Shown: positions 41,746 to 56,210, counted from the stretch's first letter. The stretch is 64,000 nucleotides of DNA from Eledone cirrhosa (GCA_964016885.1 OZ024742.1:233244001-233308000), one strand, 5' to 3'. The notes: generated by a model not told the origin, from the sequence alone. Numbers and translations are program-made.

Positions 41746-41995
41746 ATATATATATTATTAACTGGAGTATTTAAACTGCTTTACCGGATGGTTAAAATCT
41801 CAATGCAATGGGGTTCACGCATATATATATATATATATATATACATATATATTCTAAGTTATGGTATCATAACATATATAATATGTATGATGATTACGTT
41901 TCTCAGTAGAAAAGCTCAATAGACGTTTGTCCAGAGCATCAATAATTCAAAGTAAAAGATATATATCTATAAAGGGAGAAACACATTGTATTTTG

Positions 41996-42028
<33 letters not shown>

Positions 42029-42115
42029 ATATGTAGATATATATATATGTATATATATGTATATGTAGATATATATATGTATATATATGTATGTATATAT
42101 ATATACATACATATA

Positions 42116-42515
42116 CGAAGAGAGAAGAGCAGAGGCTGGTAACGGCTCAAAGAGTCATGGAGAGATCAATGCTAGGAATCTCGTTGACAGAGCACATCAG
42201 GAGCGAAGTCATCAGACAGAAGTCCGGCGTGAGGGACGTCATCACGGAATATATGCGTAGCAAGTTCAGATGGGCTGGACATGTCGCCCGGTTCACCGAT
42301 AATCGGTGGACCCGCGCAGTTGCCGAGTGGTACCCGCGCGAGCGGAAACGACCACTCGGAAGGCCTCCACGAGGGTGGTGTTACGATTTTAAGAATACGA
42401 TTGGGAATACATGGATGAGGAAAGCACGATCCAGAGAGGAATGGACGTCGTCCTGTGACCAGCGGCGCTGAATGGACGCCCGACAGACTGGTCGGTCAAG
42501 GTGATCAAGGTGATA
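42116..42515 (+). mobile_element. RTE-clade LINE 3' fragment with uninterrupted frame
   Basis: AQRVMERSMLGISL....KFRWAGHVARFTDNRWT....WYPRERKRPLGRPPRGW, ending in tandem caaggtgat x2. Confidence 0.88.
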
Positions 42516-42543
42516 TATATATATATATATACTAACTCATATA

Positions 42544-42626
<83 letters not shown>

Positions 42627-42720
42627 TAACTCACTCGATATGCAAATTAGGCTGCTCAGCCGTTAATATGCATAAGGAAGTATATACTTTCAGACGTTCA
42701 ATCATCTGACAAGAAGGTAT

Positions 42721-42763
42721 ACGATGCTGACGATAGCTAATAAGCTTGAAACTAGTACATCGT
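42721..42763 (+). ncRNA. Predicted intact minimal type I hammerhead ribozyme (GUA site, palindromic stem III)
   Basis: acgatg-CTGACGA-t-agct-aata-agct-t-GAAA-ctag-TA-catcgt, inside a (TA)n-flanked island of about 270 bp (42625-42890). Confidence 0.87.
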
Positions 42764-43011
42764 TCCTGTGTGAGCGTTGAACAAAAAGGCGACGATGGTT
42801 GCCTGAACACTGTACGGCGTAATTCGGGCTGTTTGTTTACAAACAAACCGAACATTATAATAAATGTTCGGTAAACCCATACGTATATATATATGTGTGC
42901 GTGTATGTATATATATATACATACTACTGTACGCCTGTATACATATATATATATATACAATATATTAATAAATGGAAACTATATTTATAAAACCATTTAT
43001 AAAACCATATA

Positions 43012-44739
43012 ATGCAGGAATTAGGCATCGAAAATAGGACTCAACCCTTCATACCTAGGAAACCAAAAATTAATTTGAAGGACCATAAAAGAAATTTTGA
43101 AATTGAATTACCAGTTAGATTGATTGCACCATCTAAATCGGACCTTGGCATACTTAGCAAGAATATTTTAAATAGAATCATACCACAACTTAAGGAAATA
43201 TCTTATTTAAAATTATGGACTGGGACTAATGAAGTTATTGGCTGGTTTAAGGACATTAAATATAAACATAACAATAAACTCATTCATTGGATATTGCTAA
43301 TTATTACTCATCTATCACTCCTAATCTACTTAATAAAGCCCTTACATGTGCATTTAAATATACAGATTTAACTAGCAATGAAATGCACATTATCTTAACT
43401 GCACGTAAAACATTAATTAAATTTAGCGACCACCTTTGGACTAGAGCAGATAGGGATAACAATTTCGATATCACTATGGGGTCATCGGACTCGGCGCAAT
43501 TAATGGATCTTGTGGGGCTTTTTATTAACAATACTTTACATAGGAAAATACCGGAGATGACCGGTGGTTTATATCGTGACGATATGCTATTACTTATTGA
43601 AAATAATAATAATTGTGAAATAAATAGGAAAAGAAAAGAAATTATACAATTTTTTAATAGCGTTAATCTTAAAGTAGAAGTAGAGAATAATTATAAAATA
43701 GTTATTTTTTTAGATGTAACTTTAAACCTTAATACTGGTCTTTATTATCCATTTCATAAAATAAATGAGAATTTAAACTATGTTAACTTTAATTCCAATC
43801 ACCCCAGATCCATTAAAACACTATTGTAAATTCTGTGCAGCAACGTATTTCTAGAATTTCAGCGAATAAAAATATATTTGAAGATAAGGCACAATATTAT
43901 AACGAAGCGTTAGTAGAGCAGGCTATAGTAATGAAATTAAATACATTGACAATAAGGATGTGCCTATTAACCATAACTATAAATATAATTATAATAGGAA
44001 ACCTTGCACTAACTCGAAAATCAAAAGAAAAAATATAACTAGAAATATATTATAGTTCGCTCCCACTTTCTCATTAAGTATTAAAACTCCTATAGCTAAA
44101 TTATTCTTTAAAGCTCTAGATAAGTGCTTTCCTAAGACACACAGGTATTACTCAACCTTTAATAGACATACTATTAAACTCTCATATTCCACCACTATGA
44201 ATTTAGCGCAGAATATTAATAGAATTAATAATAGAAACTTAAAACCTAACCAGAATAGCATTAATACCCCTAGCAATATCCAATATAATGTTACGGCTCC
44301 CAATAATATAAATTCAGATAAATGTAATTGTAGAAATAAATCTAACTGTCCTCTAAATAATAATTGTTTAGTTAAAAATATAGTATACAATTGTAATGTC
44401 AAAACAAATGAAAACTCCTTTAACTATGTCGGCTCTACTTCCACAGACTTCAAATCTCGTTTTAATAACCATAAATATTCCTTTACGAATATTGGTAAAA
44501 AATCTTCAACTTCTCTATCTAACTTATTATGGGACTTAAAATCCAAGAATATTAACTATTCTTTACTTTGGAAAATTATTTCCAAAGCTCCTTCCTACAC
44601 TGCTTTATCCAAAAATTGCTCACTTTGCGTTGAAGAAATATTCTTTATACTAAAGAACTCTATTAATTTGCGAAATAATTTATTTAGTTCCCGTAAACAT
44701 CGTTTAAACTCAACTTTTAAATATATATATAAAATGTAA
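43012..44739 (+). pseudogene. Frameshifted PLE polyprotein: reverse transcriptase plus GIY-YIG endonuclease
   Basis: DIANYYSSI, FDITMGSSDSAQLMDLVGL, GLYRDD, FLDVTLNL, SNHP (RT/thumb). CNCRNKSNCPL linker. NIVY...YVGST..FKSRFNNH and CSLCVEE (GIY-YIG). Confidence 0.88.
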
Positions 44740-44835
44740 TATATGATTTATCTCCTTTACATAATGTTTTCTATATCTATATATGATTCATATATATTTA
44801 ATTTACTTTCTATTATCTCTACCTCATATATATAC

Positions 44836-45000
44836 AGGGTTGGACGCCATGCTTTCCAGCATAGTTACGTCCCTTTACGATCTGAGTTCAAATCCCGCCA
44901 AGGTTGACTTTGCCTTTCATCCTTACGGGGTCGATAAAATAAAGTACCAGTAATGCACTTGCTAATCGCTGGCCTTGTGCATAAAGTAGAAACAATTATT
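44836..45000 (+). mobile_element. Major SINE inserted in the PLE 3' UTR
   Basis: Close match to 26985-27150. Confidence 0.9.
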
Positions 45001-46447
45001 ACACCTATCGATAGATTATAAACATTTTTTGTATATGACTGCTTGAAACTCCTTTAAGAAAAACTTTTCTTGAAAAACTTATGGAAGGTTTTATGAAAAA
45101 TCTTTTGAAAATTCCTTTGAAAGATATAGTAAAACCATTATTTTCATACTTCCAATATTTTTATATCTTCAAACGTTTTTAATATATATACCCAAATGTT
45201 TATATATATGTGGAAAAACATGATTTTTATATATAGGTTCTTTATATATATGTGGAATAACCTATGGTTTATGCTTTAAATATATTCTTAAGATAATTTT
45301 TTTAAATTTTTTTAACTAAATTTATAACTTCGTATAAAATAACATATAGTTCATGTTTTAATTATATTCTTAAGTTAAACATTTTTTTAACTTTTTAACT
45401 TTATAACATTTAATCCTTGGTGTCATCTGAGATCTTAAAAAAATCACTTCTAATTTCCTTTATACTTCCTTACTGTTTTTATAATATAATTAAGTGGTTA
45501 TTCATTTGTAAACTGCTTTTATAATATAATTAAGTGGTTATTCATTTGTAAACTCTCGTAAATTTTTCATAAATTTAGAATTATTTGGATGTTTAAATTT
45601 TGACTTACAACTCTTAATAAAATAAACTATACTAGATTTTCTCTAATGTAAAATACTATATATTTATTTAAATAATTTATAATCCTTAACATACACATTT
45701 AAACTAATTATTAAATTATTAAATTAAATCTTTAATATTAAGGCAAATTTTAATCTTCAATTTTGATTTCTAATTTTTAATTTTAATCTAATTTTTGAAC
45801 CTATCATTATAAGTATTATAATCAAAACATAATAAACCCTGCATTATAAATATTATTCTTCCACATTAATCTTATTTCTTCTTTCATTTAGATATACTTA
45901 CGCTGTGTATATTTCTCCTTTGAAACTTATTTCTTTATGCACTCTATCTTCACGATCAATATATATATAATCGTTCTTTCTTTCCTCTTCTTTTTTCTTT
46001 TTTCTTTTTTCTTTTTTTTTCTCTCTCCCTTACATATCATCTTCTTCCAACAATTTAATTTAAATAAACCGTTATGTTCAACCTTTCGGACACTCATTTG
46101 CATACTCATTCATAACTTTGTATTACCCTCAATAAATATACTATCTCCACTATCCAGGAAGCTCCAACCGTTAAGGTTGTCTTTTTTCCGGGTATGTCAA
46201 TATTTATTTATAAAACAAATCTGTATTTTATCTGATGAAAGCGCACCATAATTTGCCTTGGTTGCCCTTGAAATATAATTAAATATAGTTTCCATTTATT
46301 AATATATTGTGTATTTACTCCACTAACTTGTTGAGTGCTTTATATCAGTTATAAACATTTTTTAAGCTTGTTGAATCCCAACAAATTAAATATAACCTCT
46401 GCATATATATCTATCTATCTATAGAGGGAGAAACACATTGTATTTTG

Positions 46448-47864
<1,417 letters not shown>

Positions 47865-47894
47865 CAATGTGTTTCTCCCTCTATAGATATATAG

Positions 47895-48035
47895 AAGTAG
47901 CATGGCTTAGTGGTTAGAGCATTGGGCTTGCAATTGAAAGGTTGTGAGTTCAATTCTCGGACCGGGTGATGTGTTGTTTCCTCGAGCAGGACACTTTATT
48001 TCACTTTATTACTCAGCTGTAGAAATGAGATGAAA
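47895..48035 (+). mobile_element. tRNA-headed SINE, third family
   Basis: A box tggcttagtggttagagc, B box gagttcaattc. Confidence 0.65.
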
Positions 48036-48229
48036 GGACTGCATAGGTCTGAGCTGTCACACACACACAGACACACACAGGCGCGCGCACACACACACAC
48101 ATATATGTATATTTATTAAAATAACATTAAAGTTTTAATAAATATTTGCTCTAGGGTTCTTATATATTCGATATATATTTATCCTTATCGAGCCCTCTTT
48201 AGATTTTAGTCTTCACATTTATTATTATT

Positions 48230-48630
48230 ACTGTGGATTGTCAGTTTCGGTAGAGGGTCGGACGCCATGCTTTGACGCATAGAGTTAGGGCCCTTTATGA
48301 TCTGATCAAATCCCGCCGTGGTTAACTTTGCCTTTCATCCTTACGGGGTCAATAAAATAAAGTACCAGTCGATTTTATCGACTTTCTCCTCTCCCCAATA
48401 TTGCTGGCCTTGTACCTATATAAGAAACCATTATTACTGCGGATTGTCAGTTTCGGTAGAGGGTCGGATGCCATGCTTTGACGCATAGACTTAGGGCCCT
48501 TTCCATTCTGAGTTCAAATCCCGCCGAAGTTAACTTTGCCTTTCATCCTTATGGGGTCGATAAAATAAAGTACCAGTAATGCACTGGGTATTTGCTGGCC
48601 TTGTGCCAAAAAGTAGAAACAATTATTATT
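48230..48630 (+). mobile_element. Two tandem major-SINE copies
   Basis: Family core at 48230-48435 and 48436-48630. Confidence 0.88.
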
Positions 48631-48814
48631 ACTATATATATATATAAATATATAAAGCATATAAAATTCAGGAAAAATACATACATTATGTCGTTTTTGC
48701 TAAATTTTATATGCTTTATATATTTGTACAAAATACTATGTGTTTGTATAAAGATATATGGTTCTTTTTCTCTATGTATATACATATATCTTTTAATATG
48801 AATTATATATATAT

Positions 48815-49175
48815 AACCAAAGATTAGTATGGTTCGTTGATTACTCAACGAATACAATTTTACAATAGATTAGAAGCACTCAACAGTGGGTTTTCCTGGA
48901 GTTTTTAATATTATTCAAAATGTTAACAAATGAAAAATATTCTCATAATCAAAATATATACTTTATTATATATATTTCAATGGTACTGTGTTGTTTTTTT
49001 CAGTACGTCCTCACCAGACAAAATATATGATTTGATATATGACATACCGCTACGGTCTTGATTATTCAATTCCAGTATTGGCAATACATACTGAAAAAAC
49101 AACACAGTACCATTGAAATATATATAATAAAGTATATATTTTGATTATGAGAATATTTTTCATTTGTTAACATTT
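48815..49175. mobile_element. Palindromic PLE-like element D, relative of element A (arms 48918-49005 / 49089-49175)
   Basis: Minus strand CTGGTGA-ggacgtactg...cagtaccatt-GAAA-tatata-TA-ataaag. Tail similar to 30745-30836. The right arm abuts a SINE fragment (49178-49266). Confidence 0.8.
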
Positions 49176-49261
49176 CGATTGCCTTTCATCCTTACGGGGT
49201 CGATAACATAAAGTACCAATAATGCACTGGTAATTGCTGGCCTTGTGCCAAAAGTAGAAAC

Positions 49262-49330
<69 letters not shown>

Positions 49331-49417
49331 AAATGGTGTCTTTCTATAAGGATATACGGTTCTTTCTCTCTTTATACATATACATTTAGCTTTTAATTTA
49401 AATCGTATATATATATA

Positions 49418-49535
<118 letters not shown>

Positions 49536-51146
49536 TATGTATGTATATATATATCACACACTTATATGCTCACACTCATATATATATATATATAAATTAT
49601 AAATAAGTGAATAAGTAAATGAATCCACAAAAACAAAGGAAGATGAGAGAATATTTCTATTCGCGACATGATAAGTTACTTTTACCTGTTAAAGTCAGTT
49701 ATCCTCGAAAACTTACTCGAAAATGAGGGATAGCAATCAAATTTTAAAATTTTAGGCTATGAGTGTGTCCTTTTACTAGCTGTACCTCCTCTGTAATTAG
49801 AAGCACGTGTCCCAAGCAAGGTGCTATAAACTTGCTAGAAGGACAGAGCCATTCATTCAGTTGGCAGCGATATGGCTGTATGTCGTTGTCGTTTACCTGC
49901 CACTAACACATTGTACCGACCAATGTTATTCTATTGCTGCTGCTGTGTTTGCTGTTGTTGTTGTTGTTTAGTTATATACAGCGAGATAAAGCGGAAAAAT
50001 AGACAGGGGTGTTAGCAACAACAACGCATTTTAATGTTGCAGCTATTGCTGTGGTAGAAATCGTAATAATAGATGTTACGATGTCTATTATACTGGTGCT
50101 GGTGAAACTGGTAACACTGATAGTGTCGGTGATGCTGGTGTTTTTAGTAGTAGGATGAATAATGGGGATGCTGGTATTAAAGGCAGGGATGGTGTTGGAG
50201 ACAGCGCTAGCTGATGATGAAGCTGCTAAGAACGATGAACGGGCTGGTTGATGATGAACATTTTTATTATGATGATGCTACTGCTGACGATCAGAATTTG
50301 TGATGGTGGGTGTTGGTAGGGGTGACATTAATCGGGCTGGCTCATGGTGGAGGCGGTACGGATGCTAGGAATTGACTTGTATGATAATGCTGGCAGGCTG
50401 GTGGCTAGATTGGCACTACTAAAGAAGGAGTGTGTCGACAGCTAGGTCTTTAAACAAAAGTGGGTTGGTGAACCTATCACACCCGACTTTAATTAAGTAG
50501 CTTAAAACGCATCACAAAGAAATAAGCTATTGTTTTAAAGGTCATCAGTACCAATTGTTTAAACTCGTCATCCTCCATGTCACCCTTCCAGGCATTTCGA
50601 AATCCTAAATCAGTCTGGCAACGAGATAACCATGTACAGTATATCTCAAGCCAGCGAGGGAACTTCTATAGCAGTACAATTTCCTTCAAATCACACTTCA
50701 GCATTAAAAGAAAAAAATTAACGACATATTCAACGAAGGAGAACAAAAATTGATCCCAAGATTCACTATGAGCTAAACAGCATCGGTTATTCCAGGCTAT
50801 CCTACGACACAATTCAAGCATGACTGTCAGGTTAAGAAGTTTGCTTCCCAACTATGTGGTTTCCTGTTCAATCCCTGATGTGCAGTACTTGTGCCTACCA
50901 AAGCACTATCAGAATTTTGAAGAGAGAAACCGTAAAATCCTGTAGGAAGGAACCCTCTTGTGCTTGAGTAGTAAATTTAATTCGTCACCGTGTTTAGCCC
51001 CACCAACTGATTATAGATTGATTTTAGCGAAATCAACTCTGTTGTAAGCATTCATGTCAGATCTTCAGTTTTCCTCAGTAGCCCCTAACAGTCTGGTGGT
51101 CAAGAAAGGGACACTAGGGCTCTTCCTTCAACCTTTTACTAATTTA

Positions 51147-51217
<71 letters not shown>

Positions 51218-51577
51218 AAGTGCGTGGGTATATATGTATGTACGTATGTATGTATATATATATATATATGTATTTATATATATATATATATATATATGTA
51301 TTTATATATATATATATATACATACATACATACATATATACGCACTCACACACATACACACACATATTTATTTATATGTATATATACATATATATATGAA
51401 TATGTATGTATATGTATACATATGTATTTATATATGTGTGTGTGTGCATATATAATGCATGTATACATACATGTATATATATATATGTATATATATGAAT
51501 ACGTATGTATATGTATATATATATGCATACATATGTATATGGATATATATATATGTCTATAATGTATACATATACAT

Positions 51578-51615
<38 letters not shown>

Positions 51616-51909
51616 GTGTGTGTGTGTGTATATATGTGTACCTTCTAAAGCACCTTTTAGATTCGTTGAAAAAAACCCCACTTTAATGATAACTCGAATT
51701 GACACAAAAAATACTCATCAGATAGTACAATGATCGTATGAAATTTCAACAGGAAGTAAAATTTCAACAGGAAGTAAAAACACGAAAATTTCAAAGACTA
51801 GCTTATGTAAGATCAGGCACAATTGGATAAACTAGCTGGATAACACAACCTGTAGACAATATAGGTCTGGACTGTCCAGTTTTAAGCACCACGTAAATGT
51901 CGTTTAGAA

Positions 51910-52880
51910 ATAATTATGCTTCTACTTTCGGCACAAGGCCAGCAATTTAAAGGGGAAGGGGAAAGTCGATTAAATCGACCTCAGTACGTTACTGGTGTTC
52001 TATTTTAACGACCCTGAAAGGATGAATGGCAAAACTAACATCGGCGGGATTTGGAATCAGAACGTAAAGAGCTGCAACTCTATGCCGTGAAACATAGTGT
52101 CCGACTCTCTACCGTTACTGTCAATCCACTGCCATTGGTTAGAAATAATAAGTTCTAATATAAGCAGAAGGCCAGCAATTCAGAGGAAGGGATAGTCTAT
52201 TAAATCGACCCAAGTACTTTATTTTATCGACCTTAGAAGAATGAAAAGTAAAGTTGACCTTGGTGGGATCTGAACCCAGAAAGTAAAAGTCCAGAACAAA
52301 TACTGCTAAGTATTTTTCTGACATTCTAACAACTCTGCCAATCTACCATACGCTAATATCATTGAAAGATCAGTTAATTGGAGTCATACCAGGTTTCCTT
52401 CCCCTTGTGTGAAGATGGATTAATAATGCTTTCTAGTATAGATACAAGACCAGTAATTTGGAGGGAGGGGAACGTTGATTAAATCGACCCCAGTACGTTA
52501 CTGTTGCTCTATTTTATCGACCCCGTAAGGATGAAAAGCAAGTTAACCTCAACGGGATTTGAAGTCAGATCATAAAGGACCGTAACTCTATGCTGCAAAG
52601 CAGGGCGTTCGGCTCCCTACCGATACTGCCAATCCACCGCCTTAAGATGGATAAATAATAACAATAATTTCTAACAAAGACACAAGACCAGCTATTTGAG
52701 GAAGGGGAAAGTCAATTAAATCGATCCTAGTGCTTGAATAGTGTTTTGTTTTGTTGACCCTAGAAGAATAAAAGACGAAGCTGACATCGGCGGGATTTGA
52801 ACACACAATGTAAAGAGCCGAAACATACCGCAACGATATTGCCAATCCAACGCTCTACTGATACTACCAATCCATCGCCC
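51910..52880 (-). mobile_element. Cluster of four major-SINE-family copies
   Basis: Cores at about 51910-52133, 52145-52350, 52420-52643 and 52660-52880. Confidence 0.85.
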
Positions 52881-54059
52881 TAGAAATTTCCAGATGTTTA
52901 AGAAGAGGCATATCCGGCTTAATGAAAACACTTCACTGTCAATTTTATTGGAAGAATTGAAAGTCAGCTCATTATTACCCACATTATTTAGAATAATCTG
53001 CAGGAGCTTGTGTTTTAGTGATTGTCCACCAGTAATTGCTTATAGACGAACGGATTTGGAATGCAACGATGTTTTTTTTTTATATTTATAAGATAAATCT
53101 TTAACTTCTGCATATATTATGACCTGAGGCATTACTGAACTGGTGTGAACGGAAGAAATATTGTGTATGAAATTTACGTTAATCGTATTTTTAGTAAGCG
53201 CCCTTGAAGGACAATAGACAGCTCAAGATTTGAATTAGAACTCCTTAGGCGTCCTAACCAATATCTTAACTCATTTTTCTGGTACTTCATATTTGAAGGA
53301 AGTGTCACGCTGAAAACTTGGTATTGTTCTCGAGACTTTTCAAAATAAACAGAAAAGCAGCATTGAACAATATAAGTTGATATTGGTTACATCGATAGGG
53401 GCAGCAAATTGTAAAACACTTAACCTGGAACTTAACTAAAGACTTTTTTTTTCTTTTATTAAAAACACATTTTTTTTCATGAATGTTTCACTCTATATTT
53501 AGTTGCTGGTCTCTTGGTAACATGTTGGTCTTACATACATTTATATCTGGATAAATTGTAAAATAAAATGTTTAATGTTTTCTTAATCCTGAGTTGTATA
53601 TACATTGTTGATATTACCTCGCTATTTACTGTTTTGAAACTATATTCATTTATATTGCTTCCAATAATAACTTCCAATAATAACCTGTTACTGTATATTA
53701 TCCATATTTACAAGTGCTTCGAATACTGTTGCAAGCCCATGACTTGTGTGTATGGATCTGATCTGTAATTACTGATAAAATCAGCGTCACTTTGCAGCAA
53801 TGCGTATACGGCAGATGTGAGTTCGAGTCCTACGAGTGACGCTGTCTATATCTTTCCGTCCAGGGGCTTTTATGCCCAATTTGTTAGACTAATTGTCATA
53901 GTAAAAAATACGTTGTAACTTCTGAATTTTCAATATATGCATATATATATATATATAAATGAAAGAAGTAGAGAAATTAATGTGAGCAAGAAGCCAACAG
54001 TATTTCATAATATATAAGTGACTATAACGTCAAAATGGAAAATAATTAACGTATATATA

Positions 54060-54251
54060 TAAATTATTCCGGGTTGAATCGGAGGTAACCACAGTAAGTA
54101 AGGTACTTAATACATAGCAGAGTATAAATGTTTTAATATAGAAGAACTTCTACAGGACTAGAACTGTTTCATTCGTGAGAAATCATCAGGCCTGCCTGAT
54201 GATTTCTCACGAATGAAACAGTTCTAGTCCTGTAGCTCTTCTATATTAAAA
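54060..54251. mobile_element. Palindromic PLE-like element E (arms 54131-54190 / 54195-54251) folded back just 5' of a hammerhead core
   Basis: CTGATGA at 54196-54202, GAAA at 54215-54218 and GTC at 54227-54229, mirrored on the minus strand. Confidence 0.8.
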
Positions 54252-54509
54252 AAATAAAATATATATATATATACACATATATATTGTTTTATTGTTTTTG
54301 TGAACACACAGGAGAGATACAAAATAAAAACCTAATCACTGAGGAGGTCACAGAATGTGTGACAAAAGAGCTTTGACAATATATAAACAGCCATCCGATT
54401 ATCGAACCAACCAACCCGAAATTTATAATAGATTGAAGTGAAAACCAACAGGTGCGTATGTTTTTATTGGCAGCATGACCCTCCCAAAGTATAACAATAT
54501 ATATATATA

Positions 54510-54701
54510 TGAAACATTTGGGACCCCAGCAGATGAGTTCCTGCTGTTTCAACAGCTAGATTCGGAGTTCGAATCTAGCTGCTGAAACTCTAGGAGCTCA
54601 GCCGTCGGGGACCTGAATTTTTCATATTACCCACTCTACTACCCCAAGTATTTAGTACTCTGGTGAATAATGGTCTAACTGGTTTTTACCGCCTCCATTC
54701 T

Positions 54702-54746
<45 letters not shown>

Positions 54747-54962
54747 GAGTCCCTGGTTCAGTTGGCTTTCCTGATGATTTCCTTCCTATATATATAGGAA
54801 CGAGTAGGACCCCGACGGCTGAGCTCAAGCCGTTTCGTCGAAACGGCTTGAGCTCAGCCGTCGGGGTCTTACTTACTCCTATTACCCACTCTACTACCCT
54901 AAGTATTGAGTACTTGGGTGCGTTATGGTCCACCTGGTTCCTTACCACATTTCCTTCGTTAT
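54510..54962 (+). mobile_element. Two family F(-related) elements (54510-54705 variant; 54794-54962)
   Basis: Both show a hairpin, gagctcagccgtcgggg, and the attacccactctactaccc(c/t)aagtatt tail. Confidence 0.8.
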
Positions 54963-55399
54963 ATATATATATATATATATACATACATATACATATATAG
55001 AACACGGAAGGAAAGTTCACCTCGGTGGAATTTGAACTCTCAATGTAAAGAGCCGGAATAAATGCAGCAAAGTGTTCTGTCTGATGCTCTAACACTTCTC
55101 TTATAACTTTTGCATATTATAATTTAGTCGTTAGCTTTTAGTTTCTTGTAAAGCTTGTTTGGGTTATAGGTAAAGTGTACAATTTCTTTCACATGCCCTT
55201 GAAAGAAAAATCTCTAACACTTCGAACAAATCTTTCTTCTGGGAACAAGAAAACATTTTCTTCATCCTTAGGCCGTAGAAGTCATGTTTATCTATGCTAT
55301 TGGATTTCGCGGAGAGATTAAAGAGAACATCAGAATGAATGCTATTTTTTTGGTGGGGGAAGAACAAATCTTTTAGTTGATACCAAGTACATACTTCTG

Positions 55400-56210
55400 C
55401 TGGTTCTGTAAATTAAACTTAATTTACTAAAACGAAGCACATTTAAGAAATGTATAAAGTCTATTGAAGAGGATTTCAGTACCTTTCGTAAAAAGTTCCC
55501 AAGTCTAAGTGCGACAAATTTAAAGAAGGGAGGGATTTTTGTGAGGCCACAAAACGGAAGTTTTAAAAGATATTGAATTGGAGCAAATCCTCAATACACT
55601 AGAATTTAAATCTTGGCTAGAACTTTCAAGCAGATAATATGTACCCTGTAGATTTGAGAATCTTCTTGGTGCGAATAAAGGAATGACCGGTCGGTTGTTT
55701 TATTACAATACGCTATGTGCATTTCCATCTAGATTTCTTTTTAGAAATTCTTGTTTTTTAAGCCATGACAAAAAGGAATGATTTCATGAAGATATTCATG
55801 AAATGGAAGCAAAATAACAGGAATTACAAATGAAGACATGGGTTATTGTTACATGCTATATTTTGACGACCTAGACCAAGTTTATATATATGATGATGAC
55901 GATGTATATGAAAAAATTCAATTTTTTCATATTACCCACTCTTCTACCCCAAGTATTGAGTACTCTGGTGAGTAATGGTCTAACCGGTTTTTACCACCTC
56001 CAATTTGATATATATATATATATATATATATATATCCTTTACTTACATGAGGTAAAATTAGAATTAATCAATTGATTTTATGGAGCTGAAGCTATAAACA
56101 AAGTTTGTTTAAAACATTATATTCAGGAAAAAATTAGATATGCTAGAGAAAAAGAGAAGACGGACTTGAAATTAGTGTTCAAAACATATTTCATATTCTC
56201 AATGTTTTAA
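55400..56210 (+). mobile_element. Decayed DNA-transposon transposase relic, probably Chapaev3 (CMC) type, interrupted by a family F copy at 55906-56010
   Basis: Manual translation gives IKL.L, KFPSLSATNLKEG.IFV.PQ and HFHLDFFLE....HDKKE*FHEDIHEME. These match the K..EGIFVGPQIR / HLDFFPENLG..SDE.GERFHQDI..ME motif set. The family name is from memory. Confidence 0.6.

Larger units (their letters stand above)
42955..46405 (+). mobile_element. Penelope-like element, Naiad-type, 5'-truncated, with inverted pLTR remnant at the 5' end, long AT-rich 3' UTR and 3' pLTR
   Basis: RT and GIY-YIG remnants at 43012-44739. 42957-42990 is the reverse complement of about 46280-46312. Hammerhead core at 46225-46285. 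(TA)n flanks. Confidence 0.85.

Noticed and set aside
43012-44739. Selenocysteine-encoding Naiad (some Naiads have in-frame UGA)
   Set aside because: Linker cysteines are TGT. The disruptions checked are frameshifts, TAA and a TAG replacing a probable Trp, not UGA.
45472-45555. 39-bp tandem duplication in the PLE 3' UTR
   Set aside because: Ordinary local slippage duplication.
50585-50760. Possible exon after cccttccag
   Set aside because: Two short open frames, no recognisable motif and no supporting neighbouring exon.
54740-54790. CTGATGA in a 50-bp island
   Set aside because: Truncated by (TA)n before any GAAA, so it cannot be folded.
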